Assembly: GCA_003971905.1 (NCBI GenBank)
Contig: RSEE01000041.1
Location: 186,001 to 250,000, forward strand
Source of the DNA: Moniliella sp. 'wahieum'
Taxonomy: Eukaryota
Length of the DNA: 64,000 bases
Reading direction: 5' to 3'
The notes under the pieces were generated by a model. It did not search any database. It saw nothing but the letters and a program-made list of their open reading frames with translations, and was not told the DNA's origin. Of the stretch, positions 49,382 to 62,369 are shown piece after piece (the stretch's first letter is position 1; every line of letters begins with the position of its first letter). The translations under genes were made by a program, and so were the position numbers.

Positions 49382-52076
49382 TCAGCCGCTCACGTTCAAT
49401 GTAAAATCGTTCTGAATGCTTGACAGGAGACACTCTGGACATAACATGTCATGGTGAAGGTTTGTATAGCTTACCAAGCCAATGGTGCACACACACCGGA
49501 ACCGATTCGCCGAGGTGGAAGTGACCGAGGCCACACCCTTCGGCCCAGGAATACAGTGCCAAGGAGCGAAGAGGATTTCACCCCCAGGATGAGAGAGCGT
49601 AAACTGATCCGGCCCCGAGCTGAACCGTGTCAGCCGTTCCCAAGGGCGAGAAGCAGTGGATGGAGAAGTAGGCGCGCACAGATCGACGCATGTCCAAGTA
49701 CGGTTTAGGGGGCGCAATGCCGGGCACCACTCGGTCATGGGATCAAACGGCACCGAGGCCGCTGCCTCGGCCCGCCTCAAGGCCATCCGGCACGGGAACG
49801 GGGGGAACTGACACGCGAGGCAAATCTTCGTTGGGGTTTTGACGGTGAAGGTAAATGCCAAGCTGGATTCCTTTGCTCTTGTGGACCTTGACCACGTACA
49901 GGTTCCACCAACTCCCACCATAAAAGAAGGTAGGGGAGTGCAACTTTGTTCGCTCCGTCATGCGATCAATCGAGAAAAATTCGACTCCAAACCGCATGGG
50001 TTCGAAAGGCACCCATACCTCTGTCGGAGATTGGGCCACAGTAGGACTGATGGGCCGCCGCCAAGGACGATCTTCCTCTTTGGGATCATCATCAGGTGAA
50101 TGTGGCGCGTGTTCCCTGGCTCGTATGATGAGTTCATGGCGGCGAAGCGAAAGATCTCGGTGGACGGGAGAAGGAGGGGTTGAGCCAGAGGCACGGGGAT
50201 GGCCAACAAGTCTCTTTGAGCTGCCAAACCCGAAGCGCCATGCTTGCCCCCGCAGCTGCATCCGCGAATGTGTCATCCAAATCGACTTGAAACGTACTCA
50301 AACCCCCGCTCAAGGTCGTTATGGAGGTCACCAATTGCCCCAAGCTGTCACCCGACTTGGCCGTCTCATCTTCCGGAACAGGGAAGAAGCGCCGGTCGAA
50401 CTGCAAAGTGGATGTAGAAGCCTGCGGTTGATCCGCAAAGTCGGAAAGGGGCACGCTCAAACCTGTTGTTCGATCTGGATCGGCCAAACATGAGCGGAGA
50501 CGCATTCCCTCCCATAAGGCACGCTGAACAACCGACTCTGGTGTATAAGTTGTGCCGTAAGGGGCACATATCCTCGAAATTTCCGAGAGTTGAGGAAAGG
50601 ACATGTGGCTGTAGTACACCCCATTGGAAAGCAGTTGTTCGTACTCGATCTCGTGGATCTTCCTCCTCTTCATCAGGACTCTCCATTCCCATGGAGGAGC
50701 GCGTGCAATGCCACGGTAGTCACGCTTCCCCTTCGACGCCAATTTACCACATCGCGGGCCACATGTAACGATCCCACTCGGATGGGACGTAAAACGAGTC
50801 GAGGGAGGAAATGAGAGCGCGGATGGTACTGGAGGGAAGACCAAGCAGGGGGTCAAAGGACCAAACCACGGGGCGAGGTGGCCGGGGAGTACAGATGCCG
50901 CTTTCCCCCCCATCAAATTCCCCCGGTCCAACATGGGGGGGTGACGTGGGCAACGAATCGGACCTGCGGCGGGAGGAAAGCGTAGAAGACGGAGACAGGG
51001 AGCGAGGAGAGCGTGGTGGTCCTGTGGGTCAAGAAGGGGGTACTGTGTATGCACCTCACGTTCCCAGGCTAACACATCACTTCCCCATCGGGCCAACCAG
51101 CAGAGGGCAGCTTCGCGGACTTTTTCGCTAGCAGGACCATAGAAGAGCGGCCAGTGGGGTACGACACAGGTGGGGGTGGTCTGGCAGATGGGGAAGAGAG
51201 GTTCTTGCCAGCCCTCGAGGGGAATGCAAAGCTCATCGACCGACTCTTCCTCTTCATCCTCCCACAGTACTGAGTGGGGTGGGATGCCTAAACCAGAGCC
51301 AAATCGCGCATAAGCCACTGCCGAATAGGGTGTGAAACTAGCGAGAATGAGGGTGAGAGCAATCGAGGTGACAGACGGTATAGAGAAGTAAGTGGAGGTC
51401 GCGAGGAGCGACATGAGGAAACGGGGTGAAGCCCAGTGGGTGGAGGGGGGGCATCTCGCCAAACACGTCGGCCTCAGGTGGGATTGGGCTTCCTCTTGTG
51501 TAGAACCAAGAGGATAAGGGAATGCGGTGCCCAAAGGGCAGTCCGATCGGGTTGGACCATCCGGGCAGTCGGAGATTGGGTGCACAGCCATAAAGCGTGG
51601 CCAGACAGAACTCCCAAGGGGCGGGACATGTTGGGATCGGGGATGTGGATGGGAATGCGGAGGCGCTCATCGGAGTACGCAGCGGAACGACCCTCGAGGA
51701 AGGCGGGGCAGAAGAGAGTATTGAAGAAACCGGCCTGGACGAGGATGAGGCGGTGGGTGTTGTACTCGCGTCCAAAGACGACAAGGGTTAAGTCGGAGGT
51801 GGAGGAGGCGCGTCCGTCGACAGAAGTGCCAAGGGCCTCGGCAAAGTGGGAGAGGAGGCCGAGGGAGGCAAGGTGTCGCTGGGAGCCGGCATCCGCGTCA
51901 GTGCCAGCCACACCGCTCGCACCAGCCTCAGTACCAGCACCAGCACCAGCACTAGCGCAGCACCAAAGCCAAGGACGCGGCCAAGGGATGGATCCTCGGA
52001 CACGCGCGCCATGGAGCAGAAGCGGCCGGGCGCGCGGGTGGGGGGAGATGGTGGGGGCGACGCCAGCGGCCGGCAT
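49382..52076 (-). CDS. Fungal BTB/POZ-domain protein with a beta-sandwich C-terminal domain
   Basis: SDLTLVVFGREYNTHRLILVQAGFFNTLF, FCLATLYG, FYGPASEKVREAALCWLARWG, LSNGVYYSHMSF, PFEPMRFGVEFF...HSPTFFYGGSWWNLYV...LGIYLHRQ. Confidence 0.8.
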
Positions 52077-52401
52077 TGGCCGCGGCCTGTCCAAGTGGGG
52101 CTAGCGTGGCGGACTGTGATATGTGATGTGCATGTGATGATCGGTCTTGAACAGTTCACCGCCCCGCCGCATTAAAATTTAACAGCCCATTGCCCCCGCC
52201 AGCTGTGGCAACCACATGTTGCTCCACCGGGGTCCTCTCTTCACTAGAACTCCTCCATGCCGCCGACCTATATTCGCGACACAAGGCAAGCACGTTAACT
52301 AGAGCGCCATTCCTATCTTCGAGTCATTACACCAACTCCCCAACACAGCCCTAGGCAAATCAAGCATGTCAGTCGTACTCGGTGCGCAGTACAACATGCA
52401 C

Positions 52402-53118
<717 letters not shown>

Positions 53119-53384
53119 CGTCCTGGAGAAGGGCAGGGGGGCGCGGAAAGGGGCGAGGGTGGTGGAGCACAGCGTGGCTCAACAGCACCGCTTTAACTAT
53201 TACGCCGCTGGCTGGCCTGGCCGGAAGCCACTGGCCAGGTCCAAGGGGGAGGGAGGCGTCACTGACGTAATATATCCAGCAGACGGGCAGTGTCGGTTCC
53301 ACTGGGTCCGCAATCGCGCGCGCGCCGACCCAGTCAGGTGCTCATCGGCCTGCCTCCTAGGAGGCGATGTGTTGCTTGCCTCCT

Positions 53385-55029
53385 CTATCTGCTCATCTCA
53401 CACAGCATCCCATCCCATCGCACGAGCAACATTGATGACGAGTATTGCGGAAAAAAACGAACAACATCCACCCCAACGCCTCCCCTACGCTCACGTTTGC
53501 ATCCGCTGCGCTGCGCAGGAAGCTGAGGCGACACAGGTAGTCCCAGCTGAGGCGACACAGGAGCACCTGCCGCCTGAGGTGAGGAAGGGGCTGATGGGCG
53601 CTGGGCATGCAGAGATACGGGTGGGCAAGACTGGAGTTCCTTCTTTGCGGCGGGGGCCTTGCTGGCTTCCACGGGCTGGGAAGGTGCTGGCTCAAGCGGT
53701 GGGCCAGTTGGATCCATCGGCCCATCCTTGTAGAACAGACTTTGGGAGATGCCAAACTGCCATGGCCTCAGCTGCAAACGCGGGTCGAGACGCGCCTCAT
53801 GTGCGACCCGTCTCTCGGCTGCTTGCAGTGCATCCCCGGCAGCCAGAAGGTTGATCCCCCTTTCTCCATCGCTGCTACTGCGGCCCGTGACTCGGCCCGC
53901 ATTCGGGAAATCTGCTCAGCCGTCACGGCGTCGGCATGAGGAACGTCTGCGGCCATCGCAACGCCAGTCAAAGCTGCACTGAGTAGACTGGGGGTCTTTG
54001 AGGACCCACGTTCGCGACTTGGTGCACCCAGTTCCGCAGGTTTCGAATGTGAGGTCTTTGGAGTCGTGTTCCCTCCTGGCGCTTGTAGCTGGCGAGTTCC
54101 GATCGCCAGTCTTGGGAGTATTTGCCGGCACATTGGGCGAGGCAGGCTTAGACCCGCCGCAGTAGCGACCCCAACAGTTCTCTGCGACGCGCCGTCGCAA
54201 CCTTCTGGCCTGGAGAGAAGCACGTTGGCCTTCTCGGCCTGCTGCGCTTCTTGGGCGGCTTGCTTCGCCTTGAGTTCCTCACGGGACTTGAGAATCCGAT
54301 TCAGCCCAGCTTGCTCAGCCTGCTTGGCCACCTGCTCCCGTTCAGAGGCCAGTGCTTTGCGCTCTGCCGCCGATGGCTTCGTTTGCGCGGGGGGGTCGTC
54401 CTCTTCGCTCTCGGCGCGCATGCGCTTTTTTGGTGGAGCTCGAGGCTGGGTGCAGGTGCAGCCTCCGGAGTAAAGTCATCTTCACCATCTTCACTGTCAG
54501 AGGGGATGTGCTTCTTAGCCTGTTTGGGTGCTCGCTCACGTCCCTCGTCCCGCTTGGCATCCCGTCCCCGTGTTAAGGTGCGAGCCTTGAGCTTATCCGT
54601 CTTTCCACGTCCTTTCCGCGGTTGAGGGGGCGGGGCCGCATCCGGATCCGAGTCGTAGAAATCCATGGCACCAGGAGGGGTCGGCGCAGGCGCAGGCCGC
54701 TGAGGCAGCGAATCGCCGGGAGACTGGACACCAGACTGAAGAATACGAGTGCAGTCGGTACAGAAGAAATCCTTAGACCAGTCGCGAGGGGGGCGGTTTG
54801 CTTTCCTGTCGGCTTCGTCCCAGCATGCCATGTGTTGCCACAGATGGCATCGATCACACCAAAACACTTGGCCCTCGTCTGTTCTGTCGGACGGCAGGCT
54901 GTCGCGGTGGGCGTGGCACACCTCGCAACGCAAGGTCCACACCTCATCCACAGAGTCGTCCGTTTCGTCATCTGAGGGGGGCACGACCTTGGTGGCCCTG
55001 CGCGATGATCTGCCAGCTTTGGCGGGCAT
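53385..55029 (-). CDS. PHD-finger protein with low-complexity C-terminus
   Basis: WTLRCEVC...VFWCDRCHLWQHMAC...FFCTDC fits the C4-H-C3 PHD pattern. The 3' end is uncertain. Confidence 0.75.
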
Positions 55030-56422
55030 GATGTGGCAGGTAGCAGGCAGTGGCGGTTGGTGGCGGTGGCGATCGAATCGCCCAGGTCTCGTTCTGAGAT
55101 CTGAGCAGAAGCGACAAACGGTGGCCGGTGGCGATGCGGGAACAATACATTTCAAAAAATCTGGCCTGCAAAATCCAGCCTCCACGTGGCCCTCTTCGCT
55201 CCCATCTCTGCAGCCCTTGATTCAGGGCGGTCTGGGGCAGCGAAGGGCAGCGCCCCTCCAGCCCCACCGCGCGCGGCTGCTGTTCATGCCGCCTCGGCGC
55301 TGGGACGAACGATATGCCGGGAGAAGTACTTAGCCCTGGCGCCTTGATGCACCCTCCATTGCCGCCGGGGCCGTCTAACAGGTTACCGTGGAACGGAAAG
55401 GGGGGCTGGCCGTCTGCTGCTGCCACCACAGAACGATGGCAGATGTCCGTCCGAGCCGACGAGTACTCGGATCAGAAGAATTCAGTGCCCCCCTCCTCTT
55501 CCGCTTGCAACAGGTGGAATGGTAAGAGAGGCAGAGAGAAATGAAGAGTAAAAGACAATGAGTCGAAGAGAAGACAAACATGTCAAGGCACCTGCCTTAC
55601 AGGGCCAGGGTCACAGACCGGTTGCCGAACACTACTAGTCCACGAACTCATCATGCGTGTGCGGAGGCCTGCAGCGGAGGCGAAGAGAAGAAGGCAGCGC
55701 CTTTCCTTGCACCGGTCCAGTGAGAAGTGGCATGCGCGAGGGGGCGGTGGGGATGAGGGGCGGGGATGGCAGGGAGTGGTGGTAAACCAGGGGGGTGCGG
55801 AACCACGCACGTCAGCGCGTCACCGCCACCAGCACGATGGATTCATTATGCGCGCCTTGTTGGCGCTCAGGCCCCGAGCGGGGGAGGCTCTGGTGACCTC
55901 ACTGGTCACCGGTCGGCCTGGTCGGTGGACTCCGACTCAGCGCCACGTCCCCACTGTGGTTGCGTAAGCCACTGCCTGGCCGGCCAGCCGAACGTGCCCC
56001 TCGGGCCCCTTGCCATGCGCTGAGGCACAGCGCGGCACTAGTGTGCGGCCCAGCACCCACCGGCCACCCCACCCGTTCTGTGTGGGCCAGCCGGTGCGCT
56101 CCTGTGCCGCCCTGGCCTCCCTCGGCCCAGGCGCTCGCCCGCCCAGTGCGCCCACCCCGCCACAGCACCAGTGTCCCAGGGGACAGGGGAACAGTGCGCA
56201 GCTGTGCGGCGCGCAGCTCCAACACTGCCCCCCACCTCCCCTCCCCTCATGCATCATGGGGCACTTTATCTCCCGCGCTAGTCCCCGGCTAGGTAGCTGC
56301 TAGCCGCCTTGGTTCCCCCCCTCCCCCCTCCCCCATCCGCTCTTGGTCTTTCCCTTTCCCCCCCACACCACCCCCCATCTGCGCCCACACCCTTCCTTTT
56401 CCATGGCAGGTGGTGTGTTCGC

Positions 56423-57986
56423 ATGTTTGGCGCGGCCGCCGCGCAGTCACTCGTCGCTTCCGATCCATCCTCCTCCGCCCCCACGTCTGCTCCGGGCGTG
56501 CTCACGCTTGCCGATTGGGATGCCTTTGCCTCCTCGCCCGCACCTGCTCCCACGCGTCCAGCTCGCACACTGGACCTTGTCTTTGTGATGGACGCTACTG
56601 GAAGTATGGGCTCCTACATCCGCGAAGCCACTCGCAACATTGAGGCAATCTGCGATACGTTGATCTCTCAATCCGACGACCTTCGTGGCCCCGATGCCCT
56701 GCGGATTGCTCTCATTGCCTACCGCGACCATCCCCCCCAAGATCGAAGCTATGTCACCAAGACATTTCCATTCACTACCTCTGTTGCTGAGGTCAAGGCC
56801 AATCTCCACACCCTCTATGCATCTGGAGGAGGTGATGGCCCCGAGGCAGTCACCGCGGCGATGGCCGAGCTCGTGGCTCTTCCCTGGAGGCCCGAAGCAA
56901 CCAAGCTGGCTGTGCTCATCACCGATGCGCCGCCCCATGGGATGGCGAAATGGGCGATCGATGGTTCCCTCAGGGCTCTCCTGATGGCCATGACCCCCTC
57001 GTTCTCGCCCGCATCATGGCCCACCAAGGTATTGGCTTGCTGATGGTGGCATGCGAGCCGGCCTTGTCGGCGTACCGGTATGCGGTCGACTTTTTCCATG
57101 GTGTGGTCCAAATTACTGGGGGAACGTGCGTCCCCCTCACCACAGCCAGCCTACTTAGTCATGTTATTGTTGCAGCTGCAGCGGAGGCGATGGACTTGGA
57201 GCGCATACACAAGGTGGGGGACGAGCTCATGGATCGTTTGCACTCTCTCTCGCTCAATCCGAATGGTGCTAATACGACGTTGGATGAGATTGCGAGGGAG
57301 TTGCACTCCAAACTTTTGTTGCGACAAGAGAATACTAAGCAACTCTATCTCGAGTCAATCTACATGAATCGGTCGAGGCGGAGCACAATCGCTCAGTCTT
57401 TGCTTCTTCCCCTTCGTTGGACGTGGCACGTCCCCAACTGCAACGGGTCATGGCAACCCGCTTGAACGCCTCATACCGTCAAACACGTCAAGTCAACACC
57501 TCTTTCCGCCCCACCTCGACGAGCACCCCTCCTCGCCCAGCTAAACGGACCATGCGCACCACATTTGACTCGTACTCTGCCGGCCCTGGACTCAGCACCT
57601 CGATCTCCCCCTCGGCTTCTACACCTGGGCTTGGATTTTCCCCTGCGTCCCCCGCCACCGCGTGGAGTACCTCGATTCGTGCGCAGCGTCCGCAGGCCTT
57701 CCTCGATTCGGATGAGGAGGAAGAGGAAGCGGAGGAGGAGGAGGCACCCTTACCAGTAGCCGTATCCACGGCATCGGGCACCTACGAGGTGGCGGGCGCA
57801 GATGGCCAGAAGCTCTTCTTTGGCCAAGGCCCTTGTCCTTTGACCAAGCTCGTCGTTTGGCCTGGCAGACGGCCCAGCGAAGTGGCCTCGCTGCCTAACA
57901 TCCTCTTCTGCTCGCTCAACCATGCTCTTTCTACTTCCTCGCATATGTCAGACGTGCACAATACCCATAACGGATCTGTTCTGTGA
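56423..57986 (+). CDS. von Willebrand factor A (VWA) domain protein (vwkA-like VWA; no kinase domain seen)
   Basis: LDLVFVMDATGSMGSYI (MIDAS-like), LRIALIAYRDHPPQD, ASGGGDGPEAVTAAM, AVLITDAPPHG, D.FPQGSPDGHDPL. Confidence 0.88.
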
Positions 57987-58298
57987 ACGTTTAACGTGCT
58001 CAATCCCTACATTTGATTCGGCTCCTTGGCTGGCGGACACCACACAGTATATAAGCAAGTGCAACAGACAACTGTTGTTATGAAGCGTTGACAATATGGA
58101 TGAAGGGGGTTCTTGGGTAACCAGTAAGAGCCGAACTGAGGCTGAAAGTGTTAATTCCATATGCATACACCACATATGAATCTCTGCGGTATCGAGGCGA
58201 CGGCAGTGCCCATGGGGGTTATGGGCTAGATTCGACAACAACGTGCCTTCCTCATACCGACGATAATGTAAATCAGCGGTCTCGTCCACGACCAAGCA

Positions 58299-58391
58299 GC
58301 TCCGATCTTCCAGTGGTTAGGAAGTGGGATTTTGACTAGGCACCTGCCAAGACATCTTCCCGAAACCTGGGTTCGAATCCCAGTTGGAGCT
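58299..58391 (+). tRNA. tRNA-Gln(UUG) with 21-nt intron (58336-58356)
   Basis: Acceptor stem GCTCCGA/TTGGAGC, D arm TTCC-AGTGGTTA-GGAA, anticodon stem TGGGA/TCCCG with TTG at 58332-58334, intron after position 37, T arm CTGGG-TTCGAAT-CCCAG, discriminator T. Mature length is 72 nt. Confidence 0.92.
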
Positions 58392-58393
58392 TG

Positions 58394-58402
58394 TTTTTTT
58401 TT
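58394..58402 (+). terminator. RNA polymerase III terminator (T-run)
   Basis: A run of nine T immediately after the tRNA. Confidence 0.85.
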
Positions 58403-58580
58403 CTTCGAATGTGTCAAGTCACACCCGGTCCTGCTCAAAAGTGTAGGACAGCTGATACATTCCGCTGGGGCGGAACCAAAAATAGCAAGGAAACGGCCCG
58501 CGCCCAACCTCGTACTACGCCGGTTTCCTTCGGCTTATCTGTTTCTGCAACCACCACCACTACCCCTGCTAGTGCCGGCG

Positions 58581-59646
58581 ATGAGCGACGAGGTGGAACA
58601 CCGGGTGATCATATTGCACTCCTAGTGGCCGACACGCCTCCGCCCAAGGTGACGGAGAAGTTTGGTGACTACACCAAGATCTACCCTCGCTTCTTGAACG
58701 GCGCCTAGCCACCATTCCTCGCTTCCGTCACCACTACGAGCCGAGCTCAACATTGTCCCCTTCCATGTGCGTAATGTGGATGATTACCCTTCCGGGGAGG
58801 ACCTTGGTGAGGGTAAGTGGGATGCCATCATGATCACCGGCTCCGCCTCGAACGCGTACGAAGACAACGAGTGGACGAACAAGATGGTCAAGTTCATCCA
58901 GTATGTGGCTGAGGACCACCCTTGGTTCGCATTATGGGCATCTGCTGGGGCCACCAAATGTAGCCCGCGCATTTGGGGCCAAGGTCGAATCCAACCCTCT
59001 TGGATGGGAGGTCAGTACTCAGTCTATGCTGATCCTTGCTGATTTATACTGACTATCGTTGATCCGCCCAGTTGGGAGTGTACGATGCTGATTTGACCGC
59101 GGAAGGACACGAACTGTTTGATGGTCTGATTGCTGGCAAGCAGCTGCGTTTGCAGCAAGTTCACCGGGACATTGTTGTTGACGTTCCCCCTGATCTGGAC
59201 GGGGAGGAATTTCTCAATCTGGCCTCGACACCCAAGTGTAAGGTCCAGGGCTTGGCGCTGCGCTACATGACCGAGGCCCCCCCCCTACCGGGAAAGGCTG
59301 GCACGTCAGCGTACATGGCTTTTTGATGGGACGACCACACTCCTTCTTCGGGTCCTGCTCCTGTTCGCTCGCTCCACATCCTGACCTCAGGGTCACCCCG
59401 AGTTCACCCAGGACCTGGTCGCGCTTCTCGCCAGTAGCAAGAGAGATGGGCAGTGCATCTCGCGAAACGCTCGCCGAGTTTTTGAGCACTGCCAACAAGC
59501 CCGATGACAGTGTGGCTGTCGGTGTCGCTTCCTTGCCATGCTGGGGTACGAGCCGGCACGCGATGAGGGTGGTCCCACGTTCTCGTGACGGCCCCCACCT
59601 GTATCCCTTTGGTTATCGTCCAGCCATGCCTGCTGTTCTGATCTAA
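58581..59646 (+). CDS. Class I glutamine amidotransferase-like protein (YLR126C-like)
   Basis: FGDYTKIY, DAIMITGSAS, GICWGHQ nucleophile elbow (about 58937), QVHRD, QGHPEF (about 59388). Intron about 59011-59071. Confidence 0.88.
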
Positions 59647-60244
59647 ATGCATCTTTTCGCATGCAGCCCTACGTCATGTGTACATGACCGCAAGATCATC
59701 GATAGACTCAAGTTAGAGTCCCGTGTTCTGTACTTCATTTCTGTCCTCGATACTTCTTTAATCGGGACACGAGTCGCAGTTTTCAGTTATGCGGCAGAAG
59801 TTCGGGGAGTACTGAGCGATGTTAGCGAGAGGAATGAACTGAATGTAGTGCACGTGCATGAATACTAGAGGCGCCAGCGAGCATGGGGAGGCTGGTCCAC
59901 TCGTTGAAGCGGCTTAAGAGCTCTTTGTCATGGTCCCCACTCGATGGAGATCCTTTTGCTGCACGTTCTTTTCGATGTTCTTGACTCCTGGTGCCTTAGG
60001 CATGCACCTTCTGCATTCCCTACAGTCTTGTACCTCGCCCGAGCTTGGTAGGGCGTCTCACCATTGCTGCCCTGTGATACGACATCACGGATGGAAGTAT
60101 ATCCACCCAGTCTCCACAACTCGAGAGACCCTAAAACCAAGAGACTCGAGCTACTGAGAATCATATACGTGAACGAACTAAATCATACAATGAGCTCTCC
60201 GAGCAAAGTTTTGAGTAGCACCCCTAACGACGAGAGAAGTCCAA

Positions 60245-61510
60245 TCAAATGGCACCCGGCTGACAGCGTTGAGCTGCAGCGAGCCACAGCCGCAATGTCA
60301 GCCAGCGTCTTGGCCGCGCCTCGTCCAACTGACCAAGGAGAAGAACTGAGTTCAAACGAGAAGGTTGTTGGTTGAGTTTGAGAGCTTGTTGACGTCCTCC
60401 ACAGGCAGAGGGGCTTGGCCTTGGGCCTGCCGCGCTGCGTTCTCGGCGTCTTGCGCTCCAGGTACTCTGCCGCACGGGCGCGCTCACGCGTCAACTGCCG
60501 CAGTTGGAAACCCAATGTTGCCTGCCTCACTCGAGTATCGTCCAGGTGCAGAGTCGTCTCAACGGCCGTGGTGAGCGTTGGGGTCAGCGCAAGGGTCAAG
60601 TTGGTGTTGGGCACATGGGTGTCAAGCGGGACGGAGGGCCACCAGCAGCTCTTCGCGACGAAAGCGGCACAGCACGAGGAGCAGGCTCCGGCACAGTGGA
60701 AAGAGTGGAGATGAACGCATCGAGGAACGCGTGTTGTGCAGCGTCACTGGGATCTCGATCAGCACTTTGGAGAAAGTGAGCTCGTGGTCAATCAGGCTTG
60801 CACGCTGAACTTTCCCTCCGTGTAGGCAGCAATAAATCGGGGGAGAGACGGAAAGCACGGATGGCCGTGTTGCCCATGGCGGACTGGGCCAAATCATGGG
60901 AAACGAGAATGGCCCTACCCGCGCCTGGCGTGCCCGACTTCTCAATCAGAGACGACACAGCGAAGAGGGCGTCGATGACGGTCGCGTTGAGGAAACTGGC
61001 CCATAAAGCAGCCCACATACAGGCCCACAGGATTGGCATCGGCGTTAACTTCACGCAAGTTGCGCAACCTGGCCGCGAGTACCGCGTAACAAGCTTTCTC
61101 ACGGCGTTCTCGGGCTCACGCCCTCCTCACGATCCGAGTGGAAGGGAGAGCAGGGAGCGCAAACGCATTGCTGGCTTCCACCGTGCCCCCGAGGTCAAGA
61201 CCAAGGAGCACACCGTATGCGGCGGAAGGGGTGTGACTCGCGGCTGTGCCGGACAAGCTTGCTGAGGGCTAGGCCATCCAGACGGAGGGAAGTGGTGGTC
61301 TCCTTGGATGCCTCGTGGAGCTCCCAGGCGGCCTTGTCAAGTTGACGCAGAGCAGTCTCGCTGCGCTTGTCAGCCTTCTTCTCCTCGGCCTGCTGGGCAG
61401 CAACGGCGGCAGCTGCGTCTGGGCAAAGGGAATTGCCATCGTCGCGGTCGTCCAGGTCGTCGAAGTCGGGCGAGTACTCGGGGCTGTCGTATGCGCCAGG
61501 CGTGGCAGTG
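60245..61510 (-). CDS. eIF3h: Translation initiation factor eIF3 subunit h (MPN domain)
   Basis: LRLDGLALSKLVRHSRE, AILVSHD...IRAFRLSP, LIDHELTFSKVLIEIPVTLHN, PSRLNSVLLLGQLD. No clear start codon, so the start is approximate. Confidence 0.85.
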
Positions 61511-61667
61511 GGCTGGCCGAGGGAAGAAAAAATGGGAGCAGGGAGGGAGTGTGTGCTAGGGTTGCGCGCGTTCCGCTCGCCAACTTCATTCCGCCAGGGG
61601 CCAATCGCGATAAAAGCGCGCTTGGCACGTTCGCGGGTGGCAACCACCATCCCCTGCCGGTACCGCC

Positions 61668-62101
61668 ATGGCCTCGAGCTCGTCCAACTCCTCTTACTAC
61701 GAGCTGTACCGCCGTAGCAGGTACGGCTTGTCCTGTTTTCTCTGCTATTCTCTGCTTCCGGCTGACATGATCGCTCTGCCCGGATTGCGCGTCTCTTGTC
61801 CGGTAGCATCGGGATCCACCTCACTGATGCGCTCGACGAGCTGATCCAGGCCGGCTCCATCCCGCCCGTGTTGGCGATGAAGGTCCTGATGCAGTTTGAC
61901 CGCTCCGTTGCGGAAACTCTGCGCAAGCAAGTCAGGAGCAAGTGCTCTGTCAAAGGTTACCTCAAGCACTACAACCATTGCTATGAGGTTTGGACGTTGC
62001 AGGTGACCAAGGGCAACCTCAAGCTCGACAATGGGGAGCAGATTCCGATCGACAATGTCCGTATTGTGGCCTGTAAATTCCCAGAAAACTCGGGCCGTTA
62101 A
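61668..62101 (+). CDS. TOA2: Transcription initiation factor IIA small (gamma) subunit
   Basis: Exon 1 (61668-61720) MASSSSNSSYYELYRRS, intron 61721-61806, then SIGIHLTDALDELI...LAMKVLMQFDRS...KGYLKHYNHCYEVWT...VRIVAC. Confidence 0.95.
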
Positions 62102-62369
62102 TGTTGGGAGTTTGTTCGGCATCTAGTCCAGCTCCTCCTCCGCCTCGTCCTCGTCTCTCCGACTTCTTCACGCACCCCTGTCATGGACATGTGTACTTTT
62201 AGCGAAATTCGCATCCCTAGGTCTAATCCCACATACTTTGGACCCCTCCTTGCTGCTCAAGTGGGTCCACTCAGCTGCTCCACCAATTCGGATGTCTGTC
62301 TCTTCGCCGGCGACGCTGGATTCTGAATGGGGTTCTTCGAAGGTCACTGTGCGTTAAGGTCATGAGGGG

